IMG/VR virus record: IMGVR_UViG_3300032247_001156
Span: 1-27,191 of that record
Direction: 5' to 3' (one strand)
Origin: a virus
Lineage: Duplodnaviria > Caudoviricetes
Length of the DNA stretch: 27,191 nucleotides
Shown: piece by piece, positions 9,156 through 17,970 of the stretch
How the letters are laid out: each line of letters opens with the position of its first letter
Position numbering within the stretch: the stretch's first letter is position 1
Position numbers and translations under genes: made by a program
The notes under the pieces: model-generated
The model's database searches: none
The model's input: the letters and a program-made list of their open reading frames with translations, nothing else
What the model was told of the DNA's origin: nothing

Positions 9156-11566
9156 TGGACTGGTACAGCGCCATCAACGGCGGAGACGATGCCGCACTTG
9201 AGCTGACGCAGTCCCCGGTGCCAAGGCCGACGCCCGTACCGCGTCCCGGCTCAGAAATGAGCCGCCAAGCCCCGCGCCGTCCCACCCTTTCAATCCCACA
9301 GGCCGCGCCAGAAACGCCGCCAGCGGCCTCCGCACAGCCTCCTGAGGCTGCAACGGACTGGTACGGGGCCATCAACGGTACGCCAACTGCGTCACCGGCC
9401 GTCGATCCCAACGCAGAGCCGGACGCCAAGACGTGGCTCGGCCGCCGCATGCAGGACATCCGCGGAAAGCAAGACCCGCGCACCAAGGATCTCGGCTCGT
9501 TCATGGGCCCGACGATGGAGCGCGAGCTGCCGGACGCCGCACAGCGCGGCCCGATTGCTGGACACATCCTGCTTGGACAGGACGATGACAGCCTCGCCAA
9601 GCTGATCGGCCAGCAGCTCGGCCCCCGCTTCAGGGGCATGCGTAAGGACGCCAACGGCTATCCGATCGTCAGCTACATCGGTCAAGATGGACAGCCGGCC
9701 GAGGCTTACGTCAACAAGCCAGGCCTTGACATGCAGGACTTGGCGCGCGGCGTGGCAAGTGCCGTTCCTTATGTTGCGGTCGGCGGTGCCATGAATGCCG
9801 CGGCCAAAGGTATGAGCCTCGTCCCGCGTATGCTGGCGCAGGGTACGGGGCAGGGCGTTACTGCCATCGGCACGGATGTTGCGGCGGCGGCAAGTGGCGT
9901 CGCCGATCCTGACCCGTCACATACGCTCGTCAAAGCGGGCCTTGCGGCTGGGTTCGGAGCGGGCGGTGAAGCGGTCGGCGCTGCAACCGGAGCACTATGG
10001 CGCAAGTTCGTGACGGAGCCTGGATTGTACGACAAGGCGGCAGGGCAGTTGACGCCGAAAGGCGCCCAAGCCGCACAGCAGGCCGGTCTTGATCCGACGC
10101 AGCTCTCACGCGATTTGCAGCAGCAATTTGCTCAAGACCTTGCCCGCACTGGCAGTGGGCAGGTTGCAAGCCGTGGCGTCGTGTCGGCCGAGTTCGGCAT
10201 TCCGCGCACGCGGGGCGAGCTGCAAAACGACATTCCGACGCTGATCCGCGAGCAGCAGGTTCGCGGCGGCAACTACGGCCCGGACGCAGCCAACCGCATG
10301 AAGGATTTCGACACGGGCCAACAAGATGCCGTGCGCAACGCCCTATTCGGCGAGATCACCACCAACACGGGGCGGCAAAAGCCCGGCATCGCTCAGACCA
10401 TCGCGCCCAACCGTTCCGCGAACGACTACGGCAAGGCCGAGGTAGGCGGCAACATCCGGGCCAACACGCAAGCCGCTCTCGACGCGGCCCAAGCCACGGA
10501 AGATGCTGCTTGGAAACTCGTACCAAGGAACGTTACCCCGGACGATGCGGCCATTCCCCTGCTGCGTCAGAAGCTTAACGAGGCCGTCCGGTCGTTTCCT
10601 ATCGATGAGGGAACGGCGGCGGGCAAGATGGCCAATGACCTGCAATCGTTTCTCGAACGAAAGGCGCCCGGCAAAGCGGCGGATTGGATCGATCACGACC
10701 CGGTAGGGAATGTCGAAGAGTTTCGCAAGCGGCTATCGGCCCGCCTCGCTGACGCAGTGACGCCGACCGAGAAGAAAGCGGCCGGTGCGATGTACGGCGC
10801 CTACAACGATTGGGTGCGGGAGGCGGCGGAGCAAGGTATTCTCAAGGGCGCTAACCCTGTCGATGTTGCCCAAATGGTGACGGCTCGCGGCATCTCTCGC
10901 AGCATTCATGAGGTATTTGACGGCCAGAAGGGAACGCCCGGCGCTCGCATCCTTGCCGACGTGCTCAAGAAAGCCGACAGTGCGGAAGGCGTCGTCAATG
11001 CTCTGTTTACGGGGCCGACAAGCGAGATCAAGGCCGGGACGATCCAAGCGCTGCGGAGTTTGAAGCAGGCCTATGACAAGCACCTCGCGCCTGACGCGGC
11101 AAAAACCGCGTGGGATGACATCCGCTTGGCCTATGTGCTCCGCATGGTGCAGGACACGACAAAGTCTGTTGGCGATCCTGTCGGCGCCCAGGCGCTGCAA
11201 TCCAACATCAATCGGGCGCTGAGCAAGCAAATGAGCGTCGCGCGCGAGCTGTTGACGCCGGATGAGATCGGCATGTTGCGCCGGTTCTCCGTGTCGCTGC
11301 AGGGCATCGAGAAAAAGAACATCAATAGATCGTGGTCCGGCGTCAGCGCTGCCAGCTTCGCCAAGGATTTTTTCAACGCGCTGATTACGGCGGTCGGGTT
11401 CAAGTCCACCCTAGCCGGAACCGTTGGCAACATGGCCGGTGCCAACGTGGCCAAGCGTGCCTACGGATCGGCGGCGGCATCGCAAGCGCTGTCCGGGGTT
11501 CCCAAGGCGCTTTCCTCGCCATCGTTCGCCGGCTACGGCGGCGCCTATGGATCACAACAGGACTGA
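9155..11566 (+). CDS. Large DNA ejection protein, gp16-like position
   Basis: 803 aa. YVNKPGLDMQD, Gly/Ala hydrophobic stretches, GIPRTRGE motif and a helical C-terminal part. Confidence 0.72.
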   Translation: MDWYSAINGGDDAALELTQSPVPRPTPVPRPGSEMSRQAPRRPTLSIPQAAPETPPAASAQPPEAATDWYGAINGTPTASPAVDPNAEPDAKTWLGRRMQDIRGKQDPRTKDLGSFMGPTMERELPDAAQRGPIAGHILLGQDDDSLAKLIGQQLGPRFRGMRKDANGYPIVSYIGQDGQPAEAYVNKPGLDMQDLARGVASAVPYVAVGGAMNAAAKGMSLVPRMLAQGTGQGVTAIGTDVAAAASGVADPDPSHTLVKAGLAAGFGAGGEAVGAATGALWRKFVTEPGLYDKAAGQLTPKGAQAAQQAGLDPTQLSRDLQQQFAQDLARTGSGQVASRGVVSAEFGIPRTRGELQNDIPTLIREQQVRGGNYGPDAANRMKDFDTGQQDAVRNALFGEITTNTGRQKPGIAQTIAPNRSANDYGKAEVGGNIRANTQAALDAAQATEDAAWKLVPRNVTPDDAAIPLLRQKLNEAVRSFPIDEGTAAGKMANDLQSFLERKAPGKAADWIDHDPVGNVEEFRKRLSARLADAVTPTEKKAAGAMYGAYNDWVREAAEQGILKGANPVDVAQMVTARGISRSIHEVFDGQKGTPGARILADVLKKADSAEGVVNALFTGPTSEIKAGTIQALRSLKQAYDKHLAPDAAKTAWDDIRLAYVLRMVQDTTKSVGDPVGAQALQSNINRALSKQMSVARELLTPDEIGMLRRFSVSLQGIEKKNINRSWSGVSAASFAKDFFNALITAVGFKSTLAGTVGNMAGANVAKRAYGSAAASQALSGVPKALSSPSFAGYGGAYGSQQD

Positions 11567-11653
11567 TCGCACCCACAGCTTCAACAGCTTGAAGCTGATC
11601 CATAGCGTCGCGATCAAAACCGCTGCCAGTGCAATGCGTCCAACCCTGTGCAT
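11552..11653 (-). CDS. 33-aa hydrophobic membrane peptide (antisense, not in ORF track)
   Basis: MHRVGRIALAAVLIATLWISFKLLKLWVRSVLL*. Fills the gap between two + genes. One TM helix flanked by basic residues. RBS spacing is poor (GAGG 2 nt before ATG). Confidence 0.45.
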   Translation of the reverse strand: MHRVGRIALAAVLIATLWISFKLLKLWVRSVLL

Positions 11654-11680
11654 GCCCTCACATAACTGATTCAGGCACCC

Positions 11681-12979
11681 ATGGCAGATCGCAACGCGCT
11701 GTTCCTAGACCCCACATACGATGATCAGACCGGACTTGGCGGCTATGGCGCCGTGATCCCTGGGGATTCTCTGAATAGCCTGATGATGCCGACAAAACCC
11801 TATCGAGGGTTTGCAGGTGGCATTCTTGGCTCCAGTGCTGGTGCCGGTATGGGTGCTATTGCTGCGGGTCGGTACTCAAGAGTTCCGGGTGCCCTGCTTG
11901 GCGCAAGCCTTGGATTTATTCCAGGTGTCGTTTCCGATATTATGGCGGGAGGTGATCAATACTCGGGGTCACCGAATTTGCCGTCCGATAGGTATCCGGC
12001 CAGGGAATACCTTGACCATACCGGCAGCGTGCTTCCGCCGCTTTCGTACCAGACGCAACCACCAATCAAGCCGCCTGGGTGGCTGTCCGGACTATACGAA
12101 CCACTTGACCGCGTGACCAGGACTACCGACGACGCGCTCAGCCAAGCCAGGGCCGAGGCGGCGAAGGGTCGACAAAGCCCCATCGGGAGCGCGATCGGCT
12201 ACCTGATGGCGAACGGGGCGCAGGGTTTGGCTGAGTTGCCAGGGGCAGCCCTGCGCACCGTGTCGGCTCCCGTAGATGCGGTGACCGGTCATCAGGTAGA
12301 TATGAGCCTTGGCGATGCTGTCGGCGTCAGCCTTGCGGGCGCTGGCGCGGCCTATCGCGGCACAAAGGCGCTGCGGGAGAAGGGGCTTGAGGATGCGGTG
12401 TCTAACATGCCGCCCCCGATGTCGTCGTTTTCCGGTTATCCAACCGCTCACAACAGCAATACTATCTACAATGCTTTACTGCCCGAAGCTGAAACCGCAG
12501 CATTGACGGCCAAAGGGTATCGGGGATCAGTCTCGGGCGAGATGCGGTTCTCGCGTGAAGGAAGCCAAGGGCCGTGGGCTTCCGACCAGCCGAAGGTTGC
12601 GGCGACCTACGCCAAAGAGTACAGCAACGCTCCGTCTATAGCGCCGCTCGAGTTCCGGTTCGATAAGCCGTTCGTCATCGACGCCAAGGGCAAGCAATAC
12701 AATGCCATCGACGTTCCGGGCACCGAATTTAAAACGTACACGGACACGATTGCAGAGGGCGCCAGAGCGGCAGGGCATGACGGTGTCGTGTTCAAGAACA
12801 TCTACGACAGTGCGCACGACAACAACATTCCATCAACCGTTTATCACGCCCTAAAGCGCGGCACGACCTATTCACCCATGACGGGAGAACTGCTTTACGG
12901 GCTGGCCCCGGCCGCTGCGGTCGGGCTGTCCGATGACGAAATTAGAAATTCACTCTGGTCGGGACCGAGCAGGCAATGA
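11681..12979 (+). CDS. Fourth internal virion protein with C-terminal ADP-ribosyltransferase-like (ART-PolyVal-like) domain
   Basis: Gly-zipper N-terminal region. From about 12515: GYRGS...GPWASDQPKVAATYA...PLEFRFDKPFVIDAKG...ARAAGHDGVVFKNIYD, matching the YHG/G.YFT..P..A..YA/NP/GYDGV pattern. Confidence 0.72.
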   Translation: MADRNALFLDPTYDDQTGLGGYGAVIPGDSLNSLMMPTKPYRGFAGGILGSSAGAGMGAIAAGRYSRVPGALLGASLGFIPGVVSDIMAGGDQYSGSPNLPSDRYPAREYLDHTGSVLPPLSYQTQPPIKPPGWLSGLYEPLDRVTRTTDDALSQARAEAAKGRQSPIGSAIGYLMANGAQGLAELPGAALRTVSAPVDAVTGHQVDMSLGDAVGVSLAGAGAAYRGTKALREKGLEDAVSNMPPPMSSFSGYPTAHNSNTIYNALLPEAETAALTAKGYRGSVSGEMRFSREGSQGPWASDQPKVAATYAKEYSNAPSIAPLEFRFDKPFVIDAKGKQYNAIDVPGTEFKTYTDTIAEGARAAGHDGVVFKNIYDSAHDNNIPSTVYHALKRGTTYSPMTGELLYGLAPAAAVGLSDDEIRNSLWSGPSRQ

Positions 12980-13101
12980 CGCCGCGCGGGTGCAGCGGCC
13001 CGCCGCCACTGCAGATAAATCGACTGCTCTTTGTCACTCAGCTTTTCCCATGCCTCGTCATCAAGGATGGGCGGAAACGTCATTGCCGGGAAAACATACA
13101 T
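12895..13101 (-). CDS. 68-aa antisense protein convergent on the ART gene
   Basis: GGAGG lies 5 nt before ATG 13101. MYVFPAMTFPPILDDEAWEKLSDKEQSIYLQWRR... occupies the intergenic gap and overlaps the ART gene 3' end by 85 bp. Confidence 0.55.
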   Translation of the reverse strand: MYVFPAMTFPPILDDEAWEKLSDKEQSIYLQWRRAAAPARRHCLLGPDQSEFLISSSDSPTAAAGASP

Positions 13102-13180
13102 CGAGGCCTCCGCATCGGGCCGCGATCTTAGCACACACCCCTTCACCTTGTCTCGCGTCGCATCCTAGAGATAGCGATCC

Positions 13181-16100
13181 ATGCTCGATTCCGTGACCAT
13201 CCTTGATCCTGCTGCCCGCGTCACGGACAGCAACGGCAACCCCGTCTCGGGGGCCAAGCTCAAGTTCTACACCTCCGGAACCAGCACGCCAAAGTCGGTC
13301 TACGCCGACAGCGCTCTGGCCACCTCGCTCGGGTCTACCGTGACCTGTGACAGCGGCGGATACCCAACCACGGACGGGTCCACCAAGACGCTCGTTTGGA
13401 CGGGAACGGCGGCCTATAAGGTCGTCGTCACCGACGCCTCTGACGCGACGATTGCCACGCACGACGGCATCACGGGCGCGATCTCTTCGGCCTCGCTCGG
13501 CGGCGGCATGACGGAATGGGAAACCCCGGTTTCCTCGCTCGCCACCGATACCGTGCTTACAACAACCAGCTACGGCAAGCTGATTCAGGCCGATCCGACC
13601 GGTGGCGCATTCACGGTGACTATCCCGAGCGCTGTGACGGCGGGCGACGGTGCCCGCATCGGCGTCCGCCACAACGGAACCGCAAATCAGGTCAAGATCG
13701 CCACGCAGGGTGGGCAAACCATTAAATTGCCGGGCAACGCGACCTCAATAGGCTACGCGCTGACAGGTCGCGGACACAGCATATGGGTCGTCTCGGACGG
13801 TGCAAACTGGTCGCTCGATATCGAAACCAGGCCCATCGGAACGCGCTTGATAACGATCACGTCACGCGAGACGGCGGCTCCAGCATCCCCCACGCCAGGA
13901 GCCCGCTACATCGTTGACGGCACGCCGACGGGAACGTGGCTCGCGCTCGGCTTCACGACGCAGGACATTGCTGAGGCGGACGGTCAAGGCACCTGGATCA
14001 GGTACACACCGACAACGAATTGCGGTTGGCTCGCTTACAGCGTTGCGGACAGCGTTTTTTATGCGTTCAAGGCTTCCGCTTGGGCAGCACAGTCAGGCAT
14101 GTCAGCGCCCGCGTCAAGCACGCGCAAAATCGCTATTTTCCAAGACCAGAAGGCCAACGGAACGGACGGCGGTTCGTCGACCTCAGGCTCGCGCCAGACG
14201 CGGACCCTGACCACATCAGTCACTAACGGCATCACCGGCGCATCGCTGGCCTCCAACCAGATCACGCTGCCGGCCGGGACGTTCCTCGTTCGGGCCTATT
14301 CGCAATATGCCCTGTGCGACACCGGGACGACGTACTTCAAGAGCACGACGACAAGCACTGAAATCGTCGGCTCGACGTTCATTGCCTCTAACGCCAACTC
14401 AGACCGCGCCATCGCGCAGTTGTCCGGTGTTCTGACGCTGTCGGCGGCCGAGACGTTCGAGTACCAGTACCGGATCGCTACATCTCAAGCCGGCACCGGC
14501 CTAGGCTCGGCGACGGCGTTTTCTGACGGTGTCGAGGTTTACTCAACCGTCATCATAGAGGATCTGGCGGCGCTGCAGGGGCCGCCAGGCGCCACGGGTG
14601 CGACTGGTGCCACGGGTTCAGCGGGTGTCGATGGTGCCGACGCCGGGCTGTCATTCACCTACAATTCGTCGACCTCGGCGGCCGATCCGGGCTCGGGCAA
14701 GGTGGGGTTCAACTCGGGCACCTTCGCCTCCATAACCTCGGTCTACATCTCCGAGACCGACGCCAGCAGCAACGGTCTCGCGGCCGAGATCCAGTCGTGG
14801 GACGATCCGACATCGACGGTGAAAACCCGGCTGCGCTTCCAGAAGGGCGGCGACCCGACCAAGGTTCTCGTCCTCGACGTGTCCGGCTCGATCACCGACA
14901 ACGGAACGTGGGGCACGATCCCCGTCACGTATGTTCGGCATACCGGAAGCTTCACCAATCTTGACGGCCTGAAGCTGTCGCCTGCAATCAAGGGCGACAA
15001 GGGCGACGCCGGCGCGACGGGTTCGACAGGATCAACCGGCAGTACGGGTGCCACCGGCGCCACGGGTCCGAACACGGGCCTAGACTACCAGTGGAACACA
15101 GCAACTAGCGGCGATCCCGGCACCGGCAAGTTGCTCGTCAATAACGCGACGCCAGCCAGCGCGACGCAACTCAACATATCGGAAAGCAACCGGCAGAGCG
15201 CGAGCCAGTCTGCCTATATTGCGACATGGGACGACGGAACCACGGCCAGCAACAAGGGCATTGTCCGCATTGTTGACGTGTCGGCACCGGGAACAAATTT
15301 TATCGAGTACCGGATCACCGGCGCACTGACGGACGTTGGCGCCTACGATACGTTTCCTGTGACCTACGTTGGCGGCGCCGGCACCATAGCAAACGCTGCG
15401 ATAGTTGCGGTGATGTTCTTCGCGACCGGCGACAAGGGAACGGACGGCGCGGGCTCTGGTGATGTCGTCGGCCCGGCGGCTTCGGTGGACAGCGAGTTGG
15501 CGCTGTTCAGCTCAACCACCGGCAAGCTATTGAAGCGGGCCACGCTGACGGGCCTTGTTAAAGCGGCCTCGGGCGTCGCGTCTGCTGCAACCGCAGGAAC
15601 TGACTATGTCGTCCCCGGCGGCGCGCTTGGCACGCCCTCCAGCGGCACGCTGACCAACACGACAGGATTGCCGATCAGCACGGGTGTTTCCGGCCTCGGC
15701 ACGGGCGTTGCCACGGCTCTCGCAATCAACGTCGGGTCTGCCGGCGCGTTTGTCACGTTCAACGGCGCTGTCGGTACGCCATCGTCGATCACGTTGACGA
15801 ATGGCACCGGCCTTCCAATCAGCGGCATCACCGGGCTCGGGACGGGTGTCGGAACCGCCCTGGCAATCGCAGTCGGATCGGCCGGCGCATTCGTGACCTT
15901 CAACGGGGCGGGCGGCACACCGTCTTCGATCACGCTGACCAACGGCACAAGCTTACCTGTGTCTGGCATCACCGCATCGACATCGACCGCGCTCGGCGTG
16001 GGGTCGGTCGAGCTTGGCCACGCCACCGACACGACGCTTTCGCGCTCGGCTGCGGGAGAGCTGGCCGTTGAAGGGACGTTGGTCAAGAAAGTCGGCACGG

Positions 16101-16609
16101 AGACCATCTACGTCCCCGCCGCAGCCATGACGGCTCGCACCACCAACGGTGCAGCTGCCGGAACGGCTGAGACGACCACCAATAAAATTATGCTGTCTAC
16201 GCTGGACTTCGACACCACGACGCAGGAGTTCGCGCAGTTTGCGGTGAGGATGCCAAAGAGCTGGAACCTCGGCACGGTAACGGCAACGTTTACGTGGAGC
16301 CATGCGGCAACGGCGACGAATTTCGGTGTCGTGTGGGCACTAGAAGCGGTCGCGATATCCGATCAGGACGCGGGCGATGCTGCAGTCGGAACCGCCCAGC
16401 AAATCGCCGATACCGGCGGAACGACGAACACGCTGTATGTGACATCGGCAACATCAGCCATCACCATCGCAGGCACACCAGCGGCGCAAGATTGGGTTGT
16501 ATTCCAGGTTAAGAGGGTTCCAGCCGACGCGTCGGACACCATGGCCATCGATGCCCGACTGCACGGCGTCACTGTCAATTTCACCACCAACGCGAGCACC
16601 GACGCATGA
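13181..16609 (+). CDS. Mosaic tail fibre protein
   Basis: N-terminal attachment motif (DSNGNPVSGAKLKFYTSGTSTP), DUF2793-like segment (APASPTPGARYIV..TGTW), collagen-like G-X-T runs and internal repeats. T/G/A/S-rich. Confidence 0.88.
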   Translation: MLDSVTILDPAARVTDSNGNPVSGAKLKFYTSGTSTPKSVYADSALATSLGSTVTCDSGGYPTTDGSTKTLVWTGTAAYKVVVTDASDATIATHDGITGAISSASLGGGMTEWETPVSSLATDTVLTTTSYGKLIQADPTGGAFTVTIPSAVTAGDGARIGVRHNGTANQVKIATQGGQTIKLPGNATSIGYALTGRGHSIWVVSDGANWSLDIETRPIGTRLITITSRETAAPASPTPGARYIVDGTPTGTWLALGFTTQDIAEADGQGTWIRYTPTTNCGWLAYSVADSVFYAFKASAWAAQSGMSAPASSTRKIAIFQDQKANGTDGGSSTSGSRQTRTLTTSVTNGITGASLASNQITLPAGTFLVRAYSQYALCDTGTTYFKSTTTSTEIVGSTFIASNANSDRAIAQLSGVLTLSAAETFEYQYRIATSQAGTGLGSATAFSDGVEVYSTVIIEDLAALQGPPGATGATGATGSAGVDGADAGLSFTYNSSTSAADPGSGKVGFNSGTFASITSVYISETDASSNGLAAEIQSWDDPTSTVKTRLRFQKGGDPTKVLVLDVSGSITDNGTWGTIPVTYVRHTGSFTNLDGLKLSPAIKGDKGDAGATGSTGSTGSTGATGATGPNTGLDYQWNTATSGDPGTGKLLVNNATPASATQLNISESNRQSASQSAYIATWDDGTTASNKGIVRIVDVSAPGTNFIEYRITGALTDVGAYDTFPVTYVGGAGTIANAAIVAVMFFATGDKGTDGAGSGDVVGPAASVDSELALFSSTTGKLLKRATLTGLVKAASGVASAATAGTDYVVPGGALGTPSSGTLTNTTGLPISTGVSGLGTGVATALAINVGSAGAFVTFNGAVGTPSSITLTNGTGLPISGITGLGTGVGTALAIAVGSAGAFVTFNGAGGTPSSITLTNGTSLPVSGITASTSTALGVGSVELGHATDTTLSRSAAGELAVEGTLVKKVGTETIYVPAAAMTARTTNGAAAGTAETTTNKIMLSTLDFDTTTQEFAQFAVRMPKSWNLGTVTATFTWSHAATATNFGVVWALEAVAISDQDAGDAAVGTAQQIADTGGTTNTLYVTSATSAITIAGTPAAQDWVVFQVKRVPADASDTMAIDARLHGVTVNFTTNASTDA
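14579..15450 (+). repeat. Two collagen + DPG-x-GK modules in the tail fibre
   Basis: GATGATG...ADPGSGK...ISETD...WDD and GSTGATGATG...GDPGTGK...ISESN...WDD, each followed by GDKG. Confidence 0.75.
15629..15973 (+). repeat. 48/47-aa tandem repeat, about 2.4 copies, in the tail fibre
   Basis: GTPSS.TLTN.T.LP units start at 15629, 15773 and 15914. The first two continue GLGTGV.TALAI.VGSAGAFVTFNGA. Confidence 0.9.
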
Positions 16610-17325
16610 GCCTAGCTGTCAATCAACTGATCGGGTTCGGGGCGCGCCGCGCGGCGGCCGCGGCCGCCGGTGGCAACGACGCCAATACCATTGCTTTGCT
16701 GCACTGCGACGGCGCGGACGCGTCTACGACCGTCACCAACTCGGCAGCCGGCGGAAGTACAACGTTCACCGCCAACGGCGACTGCCAGATCGATACCGCG
16801 TTTTCAAAGTTCGGAAGCGCCAGCCTGCTGTTCGACGGGTCGGGCGACACGCTGACCTTCGACGGCTCCGGAACGGATTGGACGTGGGCTGGAGATTTCG
16901 CGGTCGACTTGTGGATACGCTGCACGAGCAAAGTGGCGGACACCGCGGCGCGGCGTATCCTGGGGTTCGGATCTGGAAGCACGTCGTTTGAGATCTTCGT
17001 GCAGACCGTATCGGGCGTTATCCTCGTCGACACGGGTGCCGGCACGACCAAGATCACCGGCACCACGGACGTGGCCACCAGCACCTGGAAACACGTGGCC
17101 GTGACACGTTCGGGAACATCCATGAAGCTGTTTGTCGACGGTGTGCAAGAAGGTTCGACAGCGACGGACTCGACGACGTGGGCCGGAAACGCAACCAGCT
17201 ATTTCGGCCGCTACCAGGGTTCAGCCATCGGCCATTATGCCGGTTCGATGGACGAGATCCGGGTGAGCAAGGGCGATGCGCGGTGGACGGCCAACTTCAC
17301 GCCGCCGACGGTAGCCTATAGCTGA
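16606..17325 (+). CDS. LamG / concanavalin A-like domain tail protein (putative receptor binding)
   Basis: LLHCDGAD, SKFGSASLLFDGSGD, DFAVDLW, WKHVAVTRSG..KLFVDGV and G-S-M-D-E-I-R-V-S-K-G..RWTANFTPPT motifs. Confidence 0.88.
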   Translation: MSLAVNQLIGFGARRAAAAAAGGNDANTIALLHCDGADASTTVTNSAAGGSTTFTANGDCQIDTAFSKFGSASLLFDGSGDTLTFDGSGTDWTWAGDFAVDLWIRCTSKVADTAARRILGFGSGSTSFEIFVQTVSGVILVDTGAGTTKITGTTDVATSTWKHVAVTRSGTSMKLFVDGVQEGSTATDSTTWAGNATSYFGRYQGSAIGHYAGSMDEIRVSKGDARWTANFTPPTVAYS

Positions 17326-17956
17326 GGGAGTAGTACATCGTGGACCGGCGCTGGCGCAGGAACATCGGAATTCGGTCCTGTTCTGCAACGCCGAGTACGT
17401 CACGCTTGCCGGTCAGCAGCCGGGTCCACGGGAAAGGGCGGTACCGGTGGTAATCCAGGCCGGTCTCGCTCCATCCGAGCCCTGCGAGCGTCTCGGGGAA
17501 TGTTCTGGGGTCGGCTGAAAACGTATACTTACGGCCAGAGGCGGCAATGTCGTTGGCGTTGGCCTGCAGCAGCAAACCGCCGGGCTTCACCGCCCTGGCC
17601 GCAGCGGGCCAGAACCGGGCCAGCTCCGCCGCCGGCACGTAGCCGAGCACGTTCAGCGTCACGAGTACGTCGAGTGAATCGGTGGGCAGCGCCTCCAGTG
17701 CTTCGACGCCGCCAATCGTGGCTGTCTCAGGTGCAAGGGCGATGAGCTTAGGCGATGGATCGCAACCGGACACGATTGCGCCGGCCGCAGATAACCGCCG
17801 CATCAGCTCGCCCTCGCCGCAGCCGAAGTCATAGACGCGGTTTCCGTGTACGTCTCCAAGGATCCGCAGCGCCTTCGCCAGTCGCGTCTGATGATACTCG
17901 CCGCTCATCGCTTCGGCGTAGGCCGCGTCAGAAACCTGCATCGTATCGGTCAGCAT
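17297..17956 (-). CDS. Class I SAM-dependent methyltransferase (antisense to the tail operon)
   Basis: Motif I VYDFGCGEG, GCDPSP, SLDVLVTLNVLGYV and RAVKPGGLLL. GGAG RBS upstream. Start is ATG 17956 or TTG 17959. Confidence 0.88.
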   Translation of the reverse strand: MLTDTMQVSDAAYAEAMSGEYHQTRLAKALRILGDVHGNRVYDFGCGEGELMRRLSAAGAIVSGCDPSPKLIALAPETATIGGVEALEALPTDSLDVLVTLNVLGYVPAAELARFWPAAARAVKPGGLLLQANANDIAASGRKYTFSADPRTFPETLAGLGWSETGLDYHRYRPFPWTRLLTGKRDVLGVAEQDRIPMFLRQRRSTMYYSLSYRLPSAA

Positions 17957-17970
17957 CAAGGGAACTCCAT

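Noticed and set aside
15629-17325. Diversity-generating retroelement or invertible tail cassette
   Set aside because: No reverse transcriptase or invertase. Repeat differences are not adenine-specific, and no flanking inverted repeats were seen.
17297-17959. DNA methyltransferase / restriction-modification role
   Set aside because: Lacks DPPY/NPPY and PCQ catalytic motifs and has no nuclease partner.
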